Shown here: in pieces, positions 21,519-31,354 of the stretch
Numbering within the stretch: the first letter of the stretch is position 1
How the letters are laid out: the number at the start of each line of letters is the position of its first letter
Virus record (IMG/VR): IMGVR_UViG_3300025890_000021
Span: 1 to 64,000 of that record
DNA from: a virus
Taxonomy: Duplodnaviria > Caudoviricetes
DNA length: 64,000 nt
Strand: one strand, 5' to 3'
Notes under the pieces: generated by a model
What the model saw: only the letters and a program-made list of their open reading frames with translations
Databases searched by the model: none
Told to the model about the DNA's origin: nothing
Made by a program: the position numbers and the translations under genes

Positions 21519-24500
21519 TGAACTTCCCCCTACCTTTTTAATCTCTAATAAGGTATCAACAAAATCCCTCATTGTTTCAATGTGTGAAACAACTAATGAG
21601 AATTGGAACTCTGATTTCAGATATTGGAATAGTTGTGCAACTGAGTTCAGATTATCTGAATCCATTGTACCCCATCCCTCATCAATAGCAAGGAAGTTAG
21701 TTCTTGGTAGGTTACTTACATTCATTAAACCAACTCTTATTGCAAGAGAACTAATGAATCGTTCCATACCACTTGATAATTCTAAGGGCCATACTCTATC
21801 ATCATCATAAACAATATGTGTATCGATTTGTTTACCATCCATATTAAACACAATGCTAAAATCAACAATCTGTGCTAATATATCATTTACTGCTCCCTCA
21901 ACAGTCGGAAGTGATTTACTAATGAGGTCATATGGTACACCATCTCGTTTGATGGCCTCTAATAAGAACTGATATGCTTGATGTGAATCTTCAAGTTCTT
22001 CTACCTTATCAATGTTATCATTAATTTGGTTTTCTCTTGTTTTTAGAACTTGTATCTCACCATGTAATTTTGTTAGTTTTTGAGAAACGATATCTATCTG
22101 ATAATCTAATTCATCTTGACTTGTTGATAGTTTATCAATCTCTATTTCTACTTGTGAATTGAACAATACATTTTGTTCTTGTGATTTTGCTCTTTCCATA
22201 TCACTTGTAATAAGATTAAATTGTGTAGTGATATTCTTTTGTTTTTCTTTTGTGATGTTTATATTAGATATGATGTTATCTTGATATCTTTGTTTTTCAT
22301 TTAAGTTATCTTGTAATTCATCTAAATCTTTTTTGAATGCACGAACCTTGAACATTGTTTGGATTTCATCTTCCATTTTTTGTTTCTTCTGAACATACTC
22401 TTGTGCAAGTGTTTTATCCTTATCAAGATTTTCTTTTGTCTGAATAGCATCTAATGTGAATGGGTTACTCATACAATGTTCACAATCTTCATCCCAAGTT
22501 AAATTACCAAGTTTTTCAATCTTATCTAATTTACTACGAACTTCTATCTTTAACTTATCTAATTCAATTTGAAATAAATCTCGTTCTTCTTCGAGTTTTT
22601 CTAACTTGTAATAATTCTCTTCAACACCATCTTGTTTATAGATAACTATTTTGTTCTCTATCTCTTGAACTGCTCTTTCATAATCAAATTGTTCTGTTTC
22701 ATATTCTGAAAGTTTTTCCTTGACATTGTCTGATAATTGTGTTAATTTAGAGTGTTGTTCTTGGAGGTCTTCTATACCTTTCAAACTATTATCGACTGGT
22801 TTTAGTCTCTTAGTTTGTTTATGTATAGTACTTTGTACATCCTTGATTTGTTGTTTCAATCCATCTTCATCACTTTTGAAATCTTTTTCTTTACCCTCAA
22901 GTAAAATCAGGTCATCAGTTATACTTGCTAATTGTTTATCATAATCAGCTTTTTTGAAATCATTCAATAGTGTATTTACTTCTCTGATATCATCTGATGC
23001 TTGTTGGTATAATGTATCAAATACTTTCAATCCCATAAACTGAGATAATAACTCTTTTCGTTCTTTCTGTGTTTTATCAATAAAGACTGTATTATTGTTT
23101 TGTGAACTCATACTTGTTAAAACAAAATCATCAAAGTTACCAATAACCTTTTTGATATTATTTTGTGTAGTTCTTCTCTGGTCTCCATTTAAACTAACTT
23201 TATCACCTGTATCATCAATACACCAAAAATCAATATCTACTTTTACATGTCCACTACGAAGATTCTTTTTACCTTTCTTCTCAATGAAATAATCTACTCC
23301 ATCTATTTCAAAGTTTACTTTACAATGTAGATTTGTTTTGGCCTTGTTGATAATGTTATCTGCACGATATGTACGAGAACTCACATCAAATAAATTAAAA
23401 CATAAAGCATCTAATAAAGCAGATTTACCACTTGCATTAGGAGCAAACAATCCAATCATACCATTTAATCTTGTAAAATCTACTACATTGTCTTCACCAT
23501 AACTAAATAGATTACTGAACTCAAATCGTTTTAACTTCCAATGTACATTTCTTTGGATATCAGCTTCTGGTATAACATTATTTAAATCTTTTAGGATATC
23601 TTTAATTTTAATCATGGTTTCTTCTTGAACAACATAATTATCATTTAAATAATTTGATACTAAATTGTATTGATAATCAACATTATATACATCACCAATG
23701 TTTATCTTATTATCACGAATTTTATCTGTACTTAATCCATCTACTTTTGTAATAACACTTTCTTGAATCTTTGCTTTCTTCTGTAATTCTGCCATCAACT
23801 TTTTCAATTGTGATGGTTTTGTATTACTTACTCGTACACGAACTCTTGGTTTTGCTGGGAAATCTGGTAGTTCAGGTAACTTACCATTATCAATGTTAAT
23901 TGTATAATAACCATATTCATTTGGAATCTCAATGTACTCTGATTTAAGAGTTTCCATATCCCATAACAAATAACCTTTACCAATATCTTCACCATGATTC
24001 TGTTGAACTAATGAACCACAATATGCAATCTTCTCATCTTTATCAAGGAATTGTCTTTTATGGATATCACCAAGTAATCCTAAATCATACCCATCAAACA
24101 TACTCATCTTCACTTTAGATGGTAACTTGAATCCTAAATCAGTTTCACTTCTATCGACTGTTCCATGAAACAATACAATTTTCTTTCTATCACCCTCGAT
24201 ATCTTTTGCTTTAATATAATCTTCTTCTTCATCCCAAACATCCCACACTACTAAATCAGTATCACCACAAGTGTATACACCTGTTCTCTTTAGGTAATGT
24301 AAGTTTGGATGATTTAGGTTTTCTACGATTGGTGTTAAACAATCCATTCTATTTAGATTATTTAAATTACAATCATGATTACCTGCGATAATAACTAATG
24401 GACAAATGTCTGCTAAGTTTTTAAATAAACGAGATAACTGGTCGATAAGTTCTGGTGACATTTCTGTTTTAGAATGTGCAATATCACCACCGATATACGA

Positions 24501-24656
24501 TATGGCATTCTTAGGATTCTTCTTTACTTCTTTGTAAAGTCCCTCGAATACTTGTTCGTATTCTCTGTGTCGTTTAAGGTTTCGGATTTGAATATCACTA
24601 ATGTGATGGATGTGTTTTAGTTTCCTGAATGGAACCTTAATTTTGTCTTGAATCAA
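21495..24656 (-). CDS. Fused Mre11/SbcD (gp47-like) nuclease and Rad50/SbcC (gp46-like) ATPase
   Basis: Metallophosphoesterase motifs SDIQ, GGDIAH, AGNHD, LFHG, LGDIH; Walker A NASGKS; zinc hook CEHC; signature LSSGME; Walker B IDEGWGTMD; VVSH. Confidence 0.92.
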   Translation of the reverse strand: MIQDKIKVPFRKLKHIHHISDIQIRNLKRHREYEQVFEGLYKEVKKNPKNAISYIGGDIAHSKTEMSPELIDQLSRLFKNLADICPLVIIAGNHDCNLNNLNRMDCLTPIVENLNHPNLHYLKRTGVYTCGDTDLVVWDVWDEEEDYIKAKDIEGDRKKIVLFHGTVDRSETDLGFKLPSKVKMSMFDGYDLGLLGDIHKRQFLDKDEKIAYCGSLVQQNHGEDIGKGYLLWDMETLKSEYIEIPNEYGYYTINIDNGKLPELPDFPAKPRVRVRVSNTKPSQLKKLMAELQKKAKIQESVITKVDGLSTDKIRDNKINIGDVYNVDYQYNLVSNYLNDNYVVQEETMIKIKDILKDLNNVIPEADIQRNVHWKLKRFEFSNLFSYGEDNVVDFTRLNGMIGLFAPNASGKSALLDALCFNLFDVSSRTYRADNIINKAKTNLHCKVNFEIDGVDYFIEKKGKKNLRSGHVKVDIDFWCIDDTGDKVSLNGDQRRTTQNNIKKVIGNFDDFVLTSMSSQNNNTVFIDKTQKERKELLSQFMGLKVFDTLYQQASDDIREVNTLLNDFKKADYDKQLASITDDLILLEGKEKDFKSDEDGLKQQIKDVQSTIHKQTKRLKPVDNSLKGIEDLQEQHSKLTQLSDNVKEKLSEYETEQFDYERAVQEIENKIVIYKQDGVEENYYKLEKLEEERDLFQIELDKLKIEVRSKLDKIEKLGNLTWDEDCEHCMSNPFTLDAIQTKENLDKDKTLAQEYVQKKQKMEDEIQTMFKVRAFKKDLDELQDNLNEKQRYQDNIISNINITKEKQKNITTQFNLITSDMERAKSQEQNVLFNSQVEIEIDKLSTSQDELDYQIDIVSQKLTKLHGEIQVLKTRENQINDNIDKVEELEDSHQAYQFLLEAIKRDGVPYDLISKSLPTVEGAVNDILAQIVDFSIVFNMDGKQIDTHIVYDDDRVWPLELSSGMERFISSLAIRVGLMNVSNLPRTNFLAIDEGWGTMDSDNLNSVAQLFQYLKSEFQFSLVVSHIETMRDFVDTLLEIKKVGGSSSVKFSRD

Positions 24657-24859
24657 GTAAACTCCTTGAGTATTTTTTTCACTTTTGCTAATTGTTTTTT
24701 ATTCACAATAATATCCCATGCAAATGTTTCGCCGTCTCTATAATAATAAGTATCATTTTTTAAACTCAAAAAAGACTTTATTTTTGTGTAGACTTCTTCA
24801 TTACGAATATGCACCTTATGATATCCCTCTCCAATTTCCCATATATCAAATGTTACCAT
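24653..24859 (-). CDS. Hypothetical protein (68 aa)
   Basis: Translationally coupled to both neighbours. Confidence 0.55.
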   Translation of the reverse strand: MVTFDIWEIGEGYHKVHIRNEEVYTKIKSFLSLKNDTYYYRDGETFAWDIIVNKKQLAKVKKILKEFT

Positions 24860-25769
24860 AGATTTTCATCCTCATTAATTCCTTAAAATCAACATTAACT
24901 GATGTTGACAATTGATTCACCATGTTGTGATAACCAAGTTCACTTGGGTCGGAACCTTTGAGTTTTACGAAACTAACTTTAATTCCGTTTCTCAAAAACT
25001 CTCCTATCATTTTCACCGATGAAGCAAATGCATCATCATCTAATGAAATAATTATATGAGAGACTTGCTTTTCGACTATTTTACGAGCTAAGTTAGGTAA
25101 TATAGTTTTACCGAACAAAGGTATACTATTGTTTTTTATGGCCATAGCATCGAACACCCCCTCACAAAGAATTATCGGTTCATCCCAATTTACATATAGG
25201 TCAAATCCGATGATATCTTTTTGAACGGGTGGATTCTTATACTTCATGCCACCTTTATAAAAATCTCTACCTACAAAGTAATTCAACTTACCATCTGAAT
25301 CATAACTTGGTATAATGATTCTATTCTGATATTGTCCATTCAAACAATAGTGTAGATTATATCTGATGATATCACTCATCTCTAATCCTCTTTCCATGAC
25401 GAACTTTAGAGCGTGTAACTTCTGAAGTGAATCACCACCATTCCATAATGGTTTAGCTTCCTTTGGAAGATTTAGTATGACAGGTTTATCATCTTTTTTA
25501 TTTGATGAGTAGTAAGTAGTACCAACTGCATCACTCATCTCTTTAAAGAGTTCTCGTGGTGCACCAACTTGTTTTAGTAATTGGAAGTGATTATGTCCAC
25601 CTTGATTACTTACCCAACAATGCCATTTACCTGTTTGAATGTTTACTTGTAGTTTAGGTTTGTGATGTGATACAAAAGGACTCCAATACATATACTCATT
25701 GGTTTTCTTAAGAGATTGTCCTTTTGATTTTAATGCTTTATCTAATATGTTTATAACTAATTGATTCAT
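24846..25769 (-). CDS. dnaG: DnaG-type DNA primase
   Basis: N-terminal Zn-binding-like SPF..HHKPKL..N..TGKWHCW; TOPRIM ILCEGVFDAMAI and ISLDDDA. Confidence 0.85.
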   Translation of the reverse strand: MNQLVINILDKALKSKGQSLKKTNEYMYWSPFVSHHKPKLQVNIQTGKWHCWVSNQGGHNHFQLLKQVGAPRELFKEMSDAVGTTYYSSNKKDDKPVILNLPKEAKPLWNGGDSLQKLHALKFVMERGLEMSDIIRYNLHYCLNGQYQNRIIIPSYDSDGKLNYFVGRDFYKGGMKYKNPPVQKDIIGFDLYVNWDEPIILCEGVFDAMAIKNNSIPLFGKTILPNLARKIVEKQVSHIIISLDDDAFASSVKMIGEFLRNGIKVSFVKLKGSDPSELGYHNMVNQLSTSVNVDFKELMRMKIYGNI

Positions 25770-25990
25770 TTTGCATAATCCTCATTATTATAATTCTTGT
25801 GTTGATTTTCTCTACACCACTTCTTTCGTAACCTTTTTAATTTTTTCATTCCATACTCGGTCATTTCGTGGTTCTCATCAAATGCTTTATCATCACCTAT
25901 CAAACCTTTCAATATCATAATGCTATCAATACTTGTTAGATATGTATCATCTATTTCTGTACCATCTTCTAATTTGGTTATTACACTCAT
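25766..25990 (-). CDS. Hypothetical protein (74 aa)
   Basis: Coupled overlaps with neighbours. Confidence 0.5.
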   Translation of the reverse strand: MSVITKLEDGTEIDDTYLTSIDSIMILKGLIGDDKAFDENHEMTEYGMKKLKRLRKKWCRENQHKNYNNEDYAK

Positions 25991-26322
25991 TTAATAAGTT
26001 CTACAAATTCCTTAAATTCTATTACTGCGTAGGTCTTCGACCTGTTTCTTTTAAACACCACAACGGGTGTTCCTTTATGTGAGTATTCCTCTGCTTGTTC
26101 TAAGGCACTCCATATGTTTAGTTTTTCGTGGTTCTTACATTCGAATGAATATGGTATAAGTTTACGGGCTGCAGGTGATAACTGAATATCCTCTCCACTC
26201 TCTCCCATAGTAGTGGATTTAATATCATCTGGTTCTAATTGTTCTGTGAATGTTTCGAGAAGAATATCTCTTACTGAATTCTGTAATCTCTTTCCTTTGT
26301 TCTTTGCTGAACGAGTTTTCAT
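25987..26322 (-). CDS. PD-(D/E)xK nuclease, Holliday junction resolvase-like
   Basis: KNKGKRLQ...GEDI.LS...SFECKN.EKLNIW. Confidence 0.7.
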   Translation of the reverse strand: MKTRSAKNKGKRLQNSVRDILLETFTEQLEPDDIKSTTMGESGEDIQLSPAARKLIPYSFECKNHEKLNIWSALEQAEEYSHKGTPVVVFKRNRSKTYAVIEFKEFVELIK

Positions 26323-26330
26323 ATTGAAAC

Positions 26331-26416
26331 CTAAATTAAGTTAGTTAAAGCTTTATTATTATTAAGTTATTAATTATTATTATTAAGCTTTTAGTTATTA
26401 ATAAATATATTATAAA
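26331..26416. repeat. About 90% AT intergenic tract with direct repeats (candidate origin or regulatory element)
   Basis: 9 G+C in 86 nt; ttattattattaag at 26353 and 26374; ttagtta at 26341 and 26391. Confidence 0.5.
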
Positions 26417-26552
26417 TCCCTCAGAATGTAATTTTTAATTTTTAATTGGCAGTCTTTTCTCAGAGAAAAATAAGGTTGGATTTTTCTTTGAAACCTTTAA
26501 TAATGAATTCATAACTATAGTTAATAATATATATGGCACTCGGCTGCTAAAA

Positions 26553-26945
26553 TTAGAATTTATTTTTCCATTTTTTAGAATATTCTTGTTTTGCCCAATT
26601 CTCAGCTTTTCTTTCCCATTTATTTGCCCAATATCTATCTTTTCCATCTAAATCAGCTATGTTAGAAGCCTGTGAATATTTTTTCATAAACTTTCTTCTA
26701 CCCATTTTGTATATTTGTTTAGCATGATGAATCTCATGTAAGATAGTAATGATAAATTCAGAAACCTTTGGATAGTATTTGTTTAGATAGATGGTATCAG
26801 TATCCCAATTATAACCACCCTCATCTTTACCATAAGTACCAAACTTTACTTTAGATTTTAAATTATAGTATTTAACTAACTCAGAAGCTACAAATAGTAA
26901 ATCAGTTCTTTCTTGTAATAGATAAATTTCTTTCAGAGTTGTCAT
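26553..26945 (-). CDS. Zincin-like metallopeptidase-motif protein
   Basis: ILHEIHH (HExxH) followed by N.WE..AE. Confidence 0.6.
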   Translation of the reverse strand: MTTLKEIYLLQERTDLLFVASELVKYYNLKSKVKFGTYGKDEGGYNWDTDTIYLNKYYPKVSEFIITILHEIHHAKQIYKMGRRKFMKKYSQASNIADLDGKDRYWANKWERKAENWAKQEYSKKWKNKF

Positions 26946-27574
26946 TTCTTCATACTCTGAGCAAGGAACTTAGCAACTTTCTTTCCATATACTTTATCAG
27001 ATGGATAGTGTGCCTTTGCAACAATTCTACTATGTGCAATATCTTCCCCCAATTGTTTATACTCATCTCCATGTGTTGGGTCTATACTAGCTAAGTACTC
27101 ACCAATCAAATATCCTTGTATTGCATGTCCACTTGGATAACTTGGTGTTTTCATACTATCTAATTCAGTACCATTTAAATCAATGTTATAAAACTCTGCA
27201 ACTTGAAACGGTCTTGGACGATTATAATGATATTTCAACGCCATAATAAACTTACCACTTTCTTTTATAATTCTTCCGAGTATTTCGTTTGATACACTAA
27301 GTTCGTGTTTCTCAATTAATGGTATAAATACTTCTTTAACATCATCACCAAATTTAACAAACTCCTCATTAGGTTTTATTTTTGCTAATTGTTTAATCTC
27401 TTTTAATGTAAGGTTAGAATCATTCTCAGGTGGTAACTTTTTTGGTACTACCAAGTTTTCATCAAAGAGAGAAGTTCTCATTTCCATTCTCTTCTTATGT
27501 TTCGGTTTAACTTCTTCATCGGTCTTGTAATATCCCATTGTACGAAGTTCTAATAGTTCTTTTAATTTAATCAT
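26942..27574 (-). CDS. PAP2-superfamily phosphatase / vanadium haloperoxidase-like protein
   Basis: K...NRPRP, PSYPSGHA, SRIVAKAHYPSD. Confidence 0.85.
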   Translation of the reverse strand: MIKLKELLELRTMGYYKTDEEVKPKHKKRMEMRTSLFDENLVVPKKLPPENDSNLTLKEIKQLAKIKPNEEFVKFGDDVKEVFIPLIEKHELSVSNEILGRIIKESGKFIMALKYHYNRPRPFQVAEFYNIDLNGTELDSMKTPSYPSGHAIQGYLIGEYLASIDPTHGDEYKQLGEDIAHSRIVAKAHYPSDKVYGKKVAKFLAQSMKK

Positions 27575-27815
27575 TATCTGTTTCTCTTATTTTGTAGTTC
27601 TTTTTTGTAGTTCCATCAGTATGTTTAAAATTTTTATAACTGATAACTTCTACTTTAGAATGTTTTATACATTTCTTAGAGATTTCCCTTTTTTCTTTTA
27701 AAAAGAAAATTTCCTTATAATCCTCATCACTATAATGGTGTAGTTTTAATTTACCATCTATTACATGCCCACCAGTAATAATAAGTGCTATACTGAATAA
27801 TAATTCTAATATCAT
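27567..27815 (-). CDS. Small protein with N-terminal hydrophobic segment
   Basis: MILELLFSIALIITGG; coupled to neighbours. Confidence 0.5.
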   Translation of the reverse strand: MILELLFSIALIITGGHVIDGKLKLHHYSDEDYKEIFFLKEKREISKKCIKHSKVEVISYKNFKHTDGTTKKNYKIRETDND

Positions 27816-27962
27816 TTATCTACCCCAACGATTTTGTTGTTGTGAATCAGGATTTTTTGCTTTCCACTTCTTATGTTGGTTAGCAGTACGACCTTCTTTT
27901 TTCCACTTTTCGTTTAGTTTTTGTTTTTTTTGTTTTCTTATTTTTGCTGCACTATTTGGCAT
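27816..27962 (-). CDS. 48-aa basic protein (not in the ORF track)
   Basis: MPNSAAKIRKQKKQKLNEKWKKEGRTANQHKKWKAK...; fills the gap exactly between two genes. Confidence 0.6.
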   Translation of the reverse strand: MPNSAAKIRKQKKQKLNEKWKKEGRTANQHKKWKAKNPDSQQQNRWGR

Positions 27963-27963
27963 C

Positions 27964-28713
27964 TTATCTCCAATCCCATATTTTTAACATATTATACGAT
28001 ACACCAAATCCAATTACTGGTTCTGTTAATCCTGTCTTAGAATCATATATTATCCCAGCAAAAGGACCAACACTTATCTGATTTCTCGGTGGTTTTAATT
28101 TTAGGGGACTTCCTTGTCTACCACTAATTCTCACACCATTAAATAAAGTGTCTGGTACAACTGCATAATATTCACCTTTTATTTCACCTTGCTCTATGTA
28201 AGGTAAACCCATTTGTAAACTTCCATCTAATCCGAGTTCAGTTTCACTATCGGTCAATATTCCATCCTTTATTAAATATCCAGTCCTACCGAAAATTCTT
28301 AAATAATTTCCTTGTACACCGAACTCTTTTTCGAATGGTATTACCCCACTGGCATCACCTACTTTAACCTCTTGGGTCTGTGTAGGTAACTCATTAATAA
28401 GTATCTTGATACTATCAATTTCCGTTTCTAATATCTCTAACTTCTTCTTTAACGAATAGTTCTCAATACCACGAGTTTTATCATGTGTATGTAAATCAAG
28501 TAATAAATTTTCATTCTGTTTTGTTAATGTATTGACTGTATCATTTAACTCAACAATTAACTTATCCTGTCTAGCAGAATCTTCTCTCAAGAAATCCATT
28601 TCTTCTTGAGCGTAATAATAACGAATACCCACAATACATAGAATGAAGAGAATGTTTAGGAATCCACCTAATACCCACTCTCTTCTTTTTTGTGGCCAAT
28701 CTTTTAATAGCAT
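27964..28713 (-). CDS. Membrane-anchored coiled-coil protein with C-terminal amphipathic beta-hairpin (spanin-like or oligomeric barrel subunit)
   Basis: TM helix at residues 13-33, coiled coil, C-terminal ISVGPFAGIIY...VIGFGVSYN. Confidence 0.45.
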   Translation of the reverse strand: MLLKDWPQKRREWVLGGFLNILFILCIVGIRYYYAQEEMDFLREDSARQDKLIVELNDTVNTLTKQNENLLLDLHTHDKTRGIENYSLKKKLEILETEIDSIKILINELPTQTQEVKVGDASGVIPFEKEFGVQGNYLRIFGRTGYLIKDGILTDSETELGLDGSLQMGLPYIEQGEIKGEYYAVVPDTLFNGVRISGRQGSPLKLKPPRNQISVGPFAGIIYDSKTGLTEPVIGFGVSYNMLKIWDWR

Positions 28714-28721
28714 ATTAACTC

Positions 28722-29240
28722 CTATTCAACACTATTTACAGCATCATTGATGGCTTTTCTAATTGCACCACCCAACTCAGTATTTCCAAAGTCTGCTTCT
28801 TCCTCGATTTGTAATCCAGTAGCAGTTACATTAGTTTCTATCTCACCAGTCCCACGAAATATTTTTTGTGTTCCCTCAAGATTATTGACTAAATTAACAT
28901 GAAGATTAACTTGTGTTTTTTGATTTCTTCTGTTAAATAATCCAATAATACTAAATGCTTCATTTGGTTTACCAATATAAAGTACTTCTACATTAGCAGT
29001 AAAATCTGCATTATCATCTTCAACTAAACGATACCTTGTATTTTGAAATGATTCCTCAACTAATTGTTTAATACCCATAGTAACTCTACTATCAGCAACA
29101 CCAATTGATTCATCGGTTTTTACGAATTGTGATACTTTCAATGTAGGCCAATCGAGGTCTTCACCAACAACAACTGGCTTTGGTAAATCTTGTGAAAAAC
29201 CAAATCCCATCATTAACAATATCATAATCAGTTTTTTCAT
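28722..29240 (-). CDS. Secreted CsgG/TolB-N-like protein; start reassigned to 29240
   Basis: SD AAGGAG before MKKLIMILLMMGFGFS (signal peptide); GIKQLVEE..Q...YRLVE pattern. Confidence 0.45.
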   Translation of the reverse strand: MKKLIMILLMMGFGFSQDLPKPVVVGEDLDWPTLKVSQFVKTDESIGVADSRVTMGIKQLVEESFQNTRYRLVEDDNADFTANVEVLYIGKPNEAFSIIGLFNRRNQKTQVNLHVNLVNNLEGTQKIFRGTGEIETNVTATGLQIEEEADFGNTELGGAIRKAINDAVNSVE

Positions 29241-29250
29241 TTTCTTCTCC

Positions 29251-30237
29251 TTAAAAGTAAGTCCCAAATAGTATACTGAAAGATTTTCCTCTTTCACCAT
29301 AGTCATTCACGACCGTGTTAAATCCAAAACTCACACCTACATTAAAGGTGAATGCCTGTCCTAATTTCCAGTCTGCGGAAATAGTTGGAAAGAACATAAT
29401 TGGACTTCTCAGTAATAAATATTGAGAATCTCGATTTAATCCACCATAATATCTAAGTAATGTGTAAGATGTATAGTTTGCAAATGTAAACTTAATCATC
29501 TTTAAATCAATTGGAATCACCATACCATGTAATACTGAAAGGTTTCCAAATGTATTATCACTTACACTTCCAAAACTTGTGGTTAGTACAATAACTTCTG
29601 ATTGTGGTTTAATCAGAGATTTTGCATAAGAGGTAGATACTAACCAATCCCACCCCTCAAATGTTTCAAATGCTACACCCGTACCACTTATCACTTGATT
29701 CTGCTTCTTCGAAATAAAGTTAATACCTTGTCCGTAAGTACCACTAAATCGTGTGAAGTCATCGGTGAATGAGAAATTACCATCGTACCTACTCTTACCA
29801 TCAAATGATGTTCTTGTGTACACACTATTAAATGTGGTAACCCAACTACTATCCACACTTGGTGAACTTTTTATAGCATAATTTACTTGTGATGGTTGGT
29901 TACTTATATCACCTTTACTAAATTGTTCTGTAGCATTTTGTGCAAGTGCACTCGCCAAAATCTCTTCAGCAACTCTTACTGCACAAGGAAATAAATCTTC
30001 GAAATCATTGTATACATTCTCTGCCCATAATTCAAGTTCTCCTGCAAGAACTTCTTCTAATGTAAAAAATCTTGATTTATTATAGTAGGAAACATAGAAT
30101 CCATTTCCATCTTGTTGTACCCTATAGTTATTTCTTACAATCGTCTGATTACAAGGGTCAACATAATTATAAAAAAAACCTTGTGCAGAGAGTAAACTAC
30201 AGAATAATCCTATAACTATTAATACTCTCTGCCACAT
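29251..30237 (-). CDS. Putative outer-membrane beta-barrel protein
   Basis: Signal peptide; alternating aromatic/hydrophobic strands; ends SFSILFGTYF (BAM-type terminal Phe). Confidence 0.55.
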   Translation of the reverse strand: MWQRVLIVIGLFCSLLSAQGFFYNYVDPCNQTIVRNNYRVQQDGNGFYVSYYNKSRFFTLEEVLAGELELWAENVYNDFEDLFPCAVRVAEEILASALAQNATEQFSKGDISNQPSQVNYAIKSSPSVDSSWVTTFNSVYTRTSFDGKSRYDGNFSFTDDFTRFSGTYGQGINFISKKQNQVISGTGVAFETFEGWDWLVSTSYAKSLIKPQSEVIVLTTSFGSVSDNTFGNLSVLHGMVIPIDLKMIKFTFANYTSYTLLRYYGGLNRDSQYLLLRSPIMFFPTISADWKLGQAFTFNVGVSFGFNTVVNDYGERGKSFSILFGTYF

Positions 30238-30242
30238 TCATT

Positions 30243-30884
30243 CTACCAACCTCTACGGTCTATTGCTTTAATTACATTTACAACCGCAGTTTCCATTGCC
30301 TTATTTGAGGCGGAACTTAAAGAACTCTGATTCCATTCCATATTTGGATTTTTTAGGAATCCTTGACCTATTGTGGAAGCTCTTCCTTGACCACTACCAA
30401 CCACATACTGAGTATTTTCATTATTGATTACTTTAACTTGAATACCAACAATAGTTTCGTTTATTGTTTGAACTTTCCCACTCTTGATATCTTCTTGTAA
30501 GTTAACAGCAAAATCATAAATAGTTACATACGCAGTGTACTTGGTTTTCTCTATTTTTGCTTCGTTGGCTTTTAAATCGTTGATGATAGATAATTGTACA
30601 TCTCTATCTCCCTCAACAAGATTAAATCTTCCAATGTAAGAAATAACATTTGCAAGTTCTTGGTTTAACCCAAATGCAACTCGTTTATTTCCAAGTTCTG
30701 GATATTGTTCTTCAAGTTCTTTATTAAATTTAACATCCAAAATCTTTAGATTATCAACTTTAGTTATTTCAATTTCATCTAATGATTTCTGTTTCTCATA
30801 CTCACCAACATATTGTTCCGTTGATACTGATGCTGCACATCCGTATAAACCTATTAAAAACAATATTGAGAATATCTTATTCAT
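30243..30884 (-). CDS. CsgG/HfaB-like lipoprotein
   Basis: Lipobox LYGC; GLNQEL..I...GRFNLVE; VTIYDF; VGIQVKVIN...GSGQG. Confidence 0.6.
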   Translation of the reverse strand: MNKIFSILFLIGLYGCAASVSTEQYVGEYEKQKSLDEIEITKVDNLKILDVKFNKELEEQYPELGNKRVAFGLNQELANVISYIGRFNLVEGDRDVQLSIINDLKANEAKIEKTKYTAYVTIYDFAVNLQEDIKSGKVQTINETIVGIQVKVINNENTQYVVGSGQGRASTIGQGFLKNPNMEWNQSSLSSASNKAMETAVVNVIKAIDRRGW

Positions 30885-30897
30885 TTTTATCTCCTAT

Positions 30898-31278
30898 TTA
30901 TCTGAAATCCGATAACGGGTCTTTCAGTAGTTTTTCCAATCGTTCAATCTCACCATTTAATTTATCAATCTCATTCTGTAGTTTAATTATATCTCCATCA
31001 TATGATTTTACTTTTGGCGTTTTTAATCCATCTACTTTTTCTCGTAGATATTTTAATTCTTCATCAATATTTTCAAAGTTATTGGTTACAATTTCTATAT
31101 CACTTGCTTCTGCAAATCCTTGTACTACTTCTTCCAATGAATCAATGCGGCCAGTAAAACTATACCACCCAGCAATTGCGGTAGAAAGAAAAGTAACAAT
31201 AGCAATAATATTGTTAATTGATACTCCGAACTTTTTTCCTTTGACTTCTTCAATAGCTTGTTCTATATCCTTTGCCAT
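30898..31278 (-). CDS. Single-TM coiled-coil protein
   Basis: TM IIAIVTFLSTAIAGWY followed by heptad repeats; SD AAGGAG. Confidence 0.6.
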   Translation of the reverse strand: MAKDIEQAIEEVKGKKFGVSINNIIAIVTFLSTAIAGWYSFTGRIDSLEEVVQGFAEASDIEIVTNNFENIDEELKYLREKVDGLKTPKVKSYDGDIIKLQNEIDKLNGEIERLEKLLKDPLSDFR

Positions 31279-31293
31279 TTTATTTCTCCTTAA

Positions 31294-31353
31294 TTAACAT
31301 TCACAGCAAGAGCAATTACAACTCTCACATTTACATTCTTTACAATCACACAT
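31294..31353 (-). CDS. 19-aa metallothionein-like micropeptide MCDCKECKCESCNCSCCEC (not in the ORF track)
   Basis: 9 Cys in 19 aa; GGAG 7 nt upstream of ATG; starts 1 nt after the PorV-like stop and ends just before the next SD. Confidence 0.6.
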   Translation of the reverse strand: MCDCKECKCESCNCSCCEC

Positions 31354-31354
31354 A

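Noticed and set aside
26435-26647. 70-aa ORF overlapping the zincin gene
   Set aside because: Out-of-frame overlap with a better-supported gene and no SD; at most a 25-aa tail peptide.
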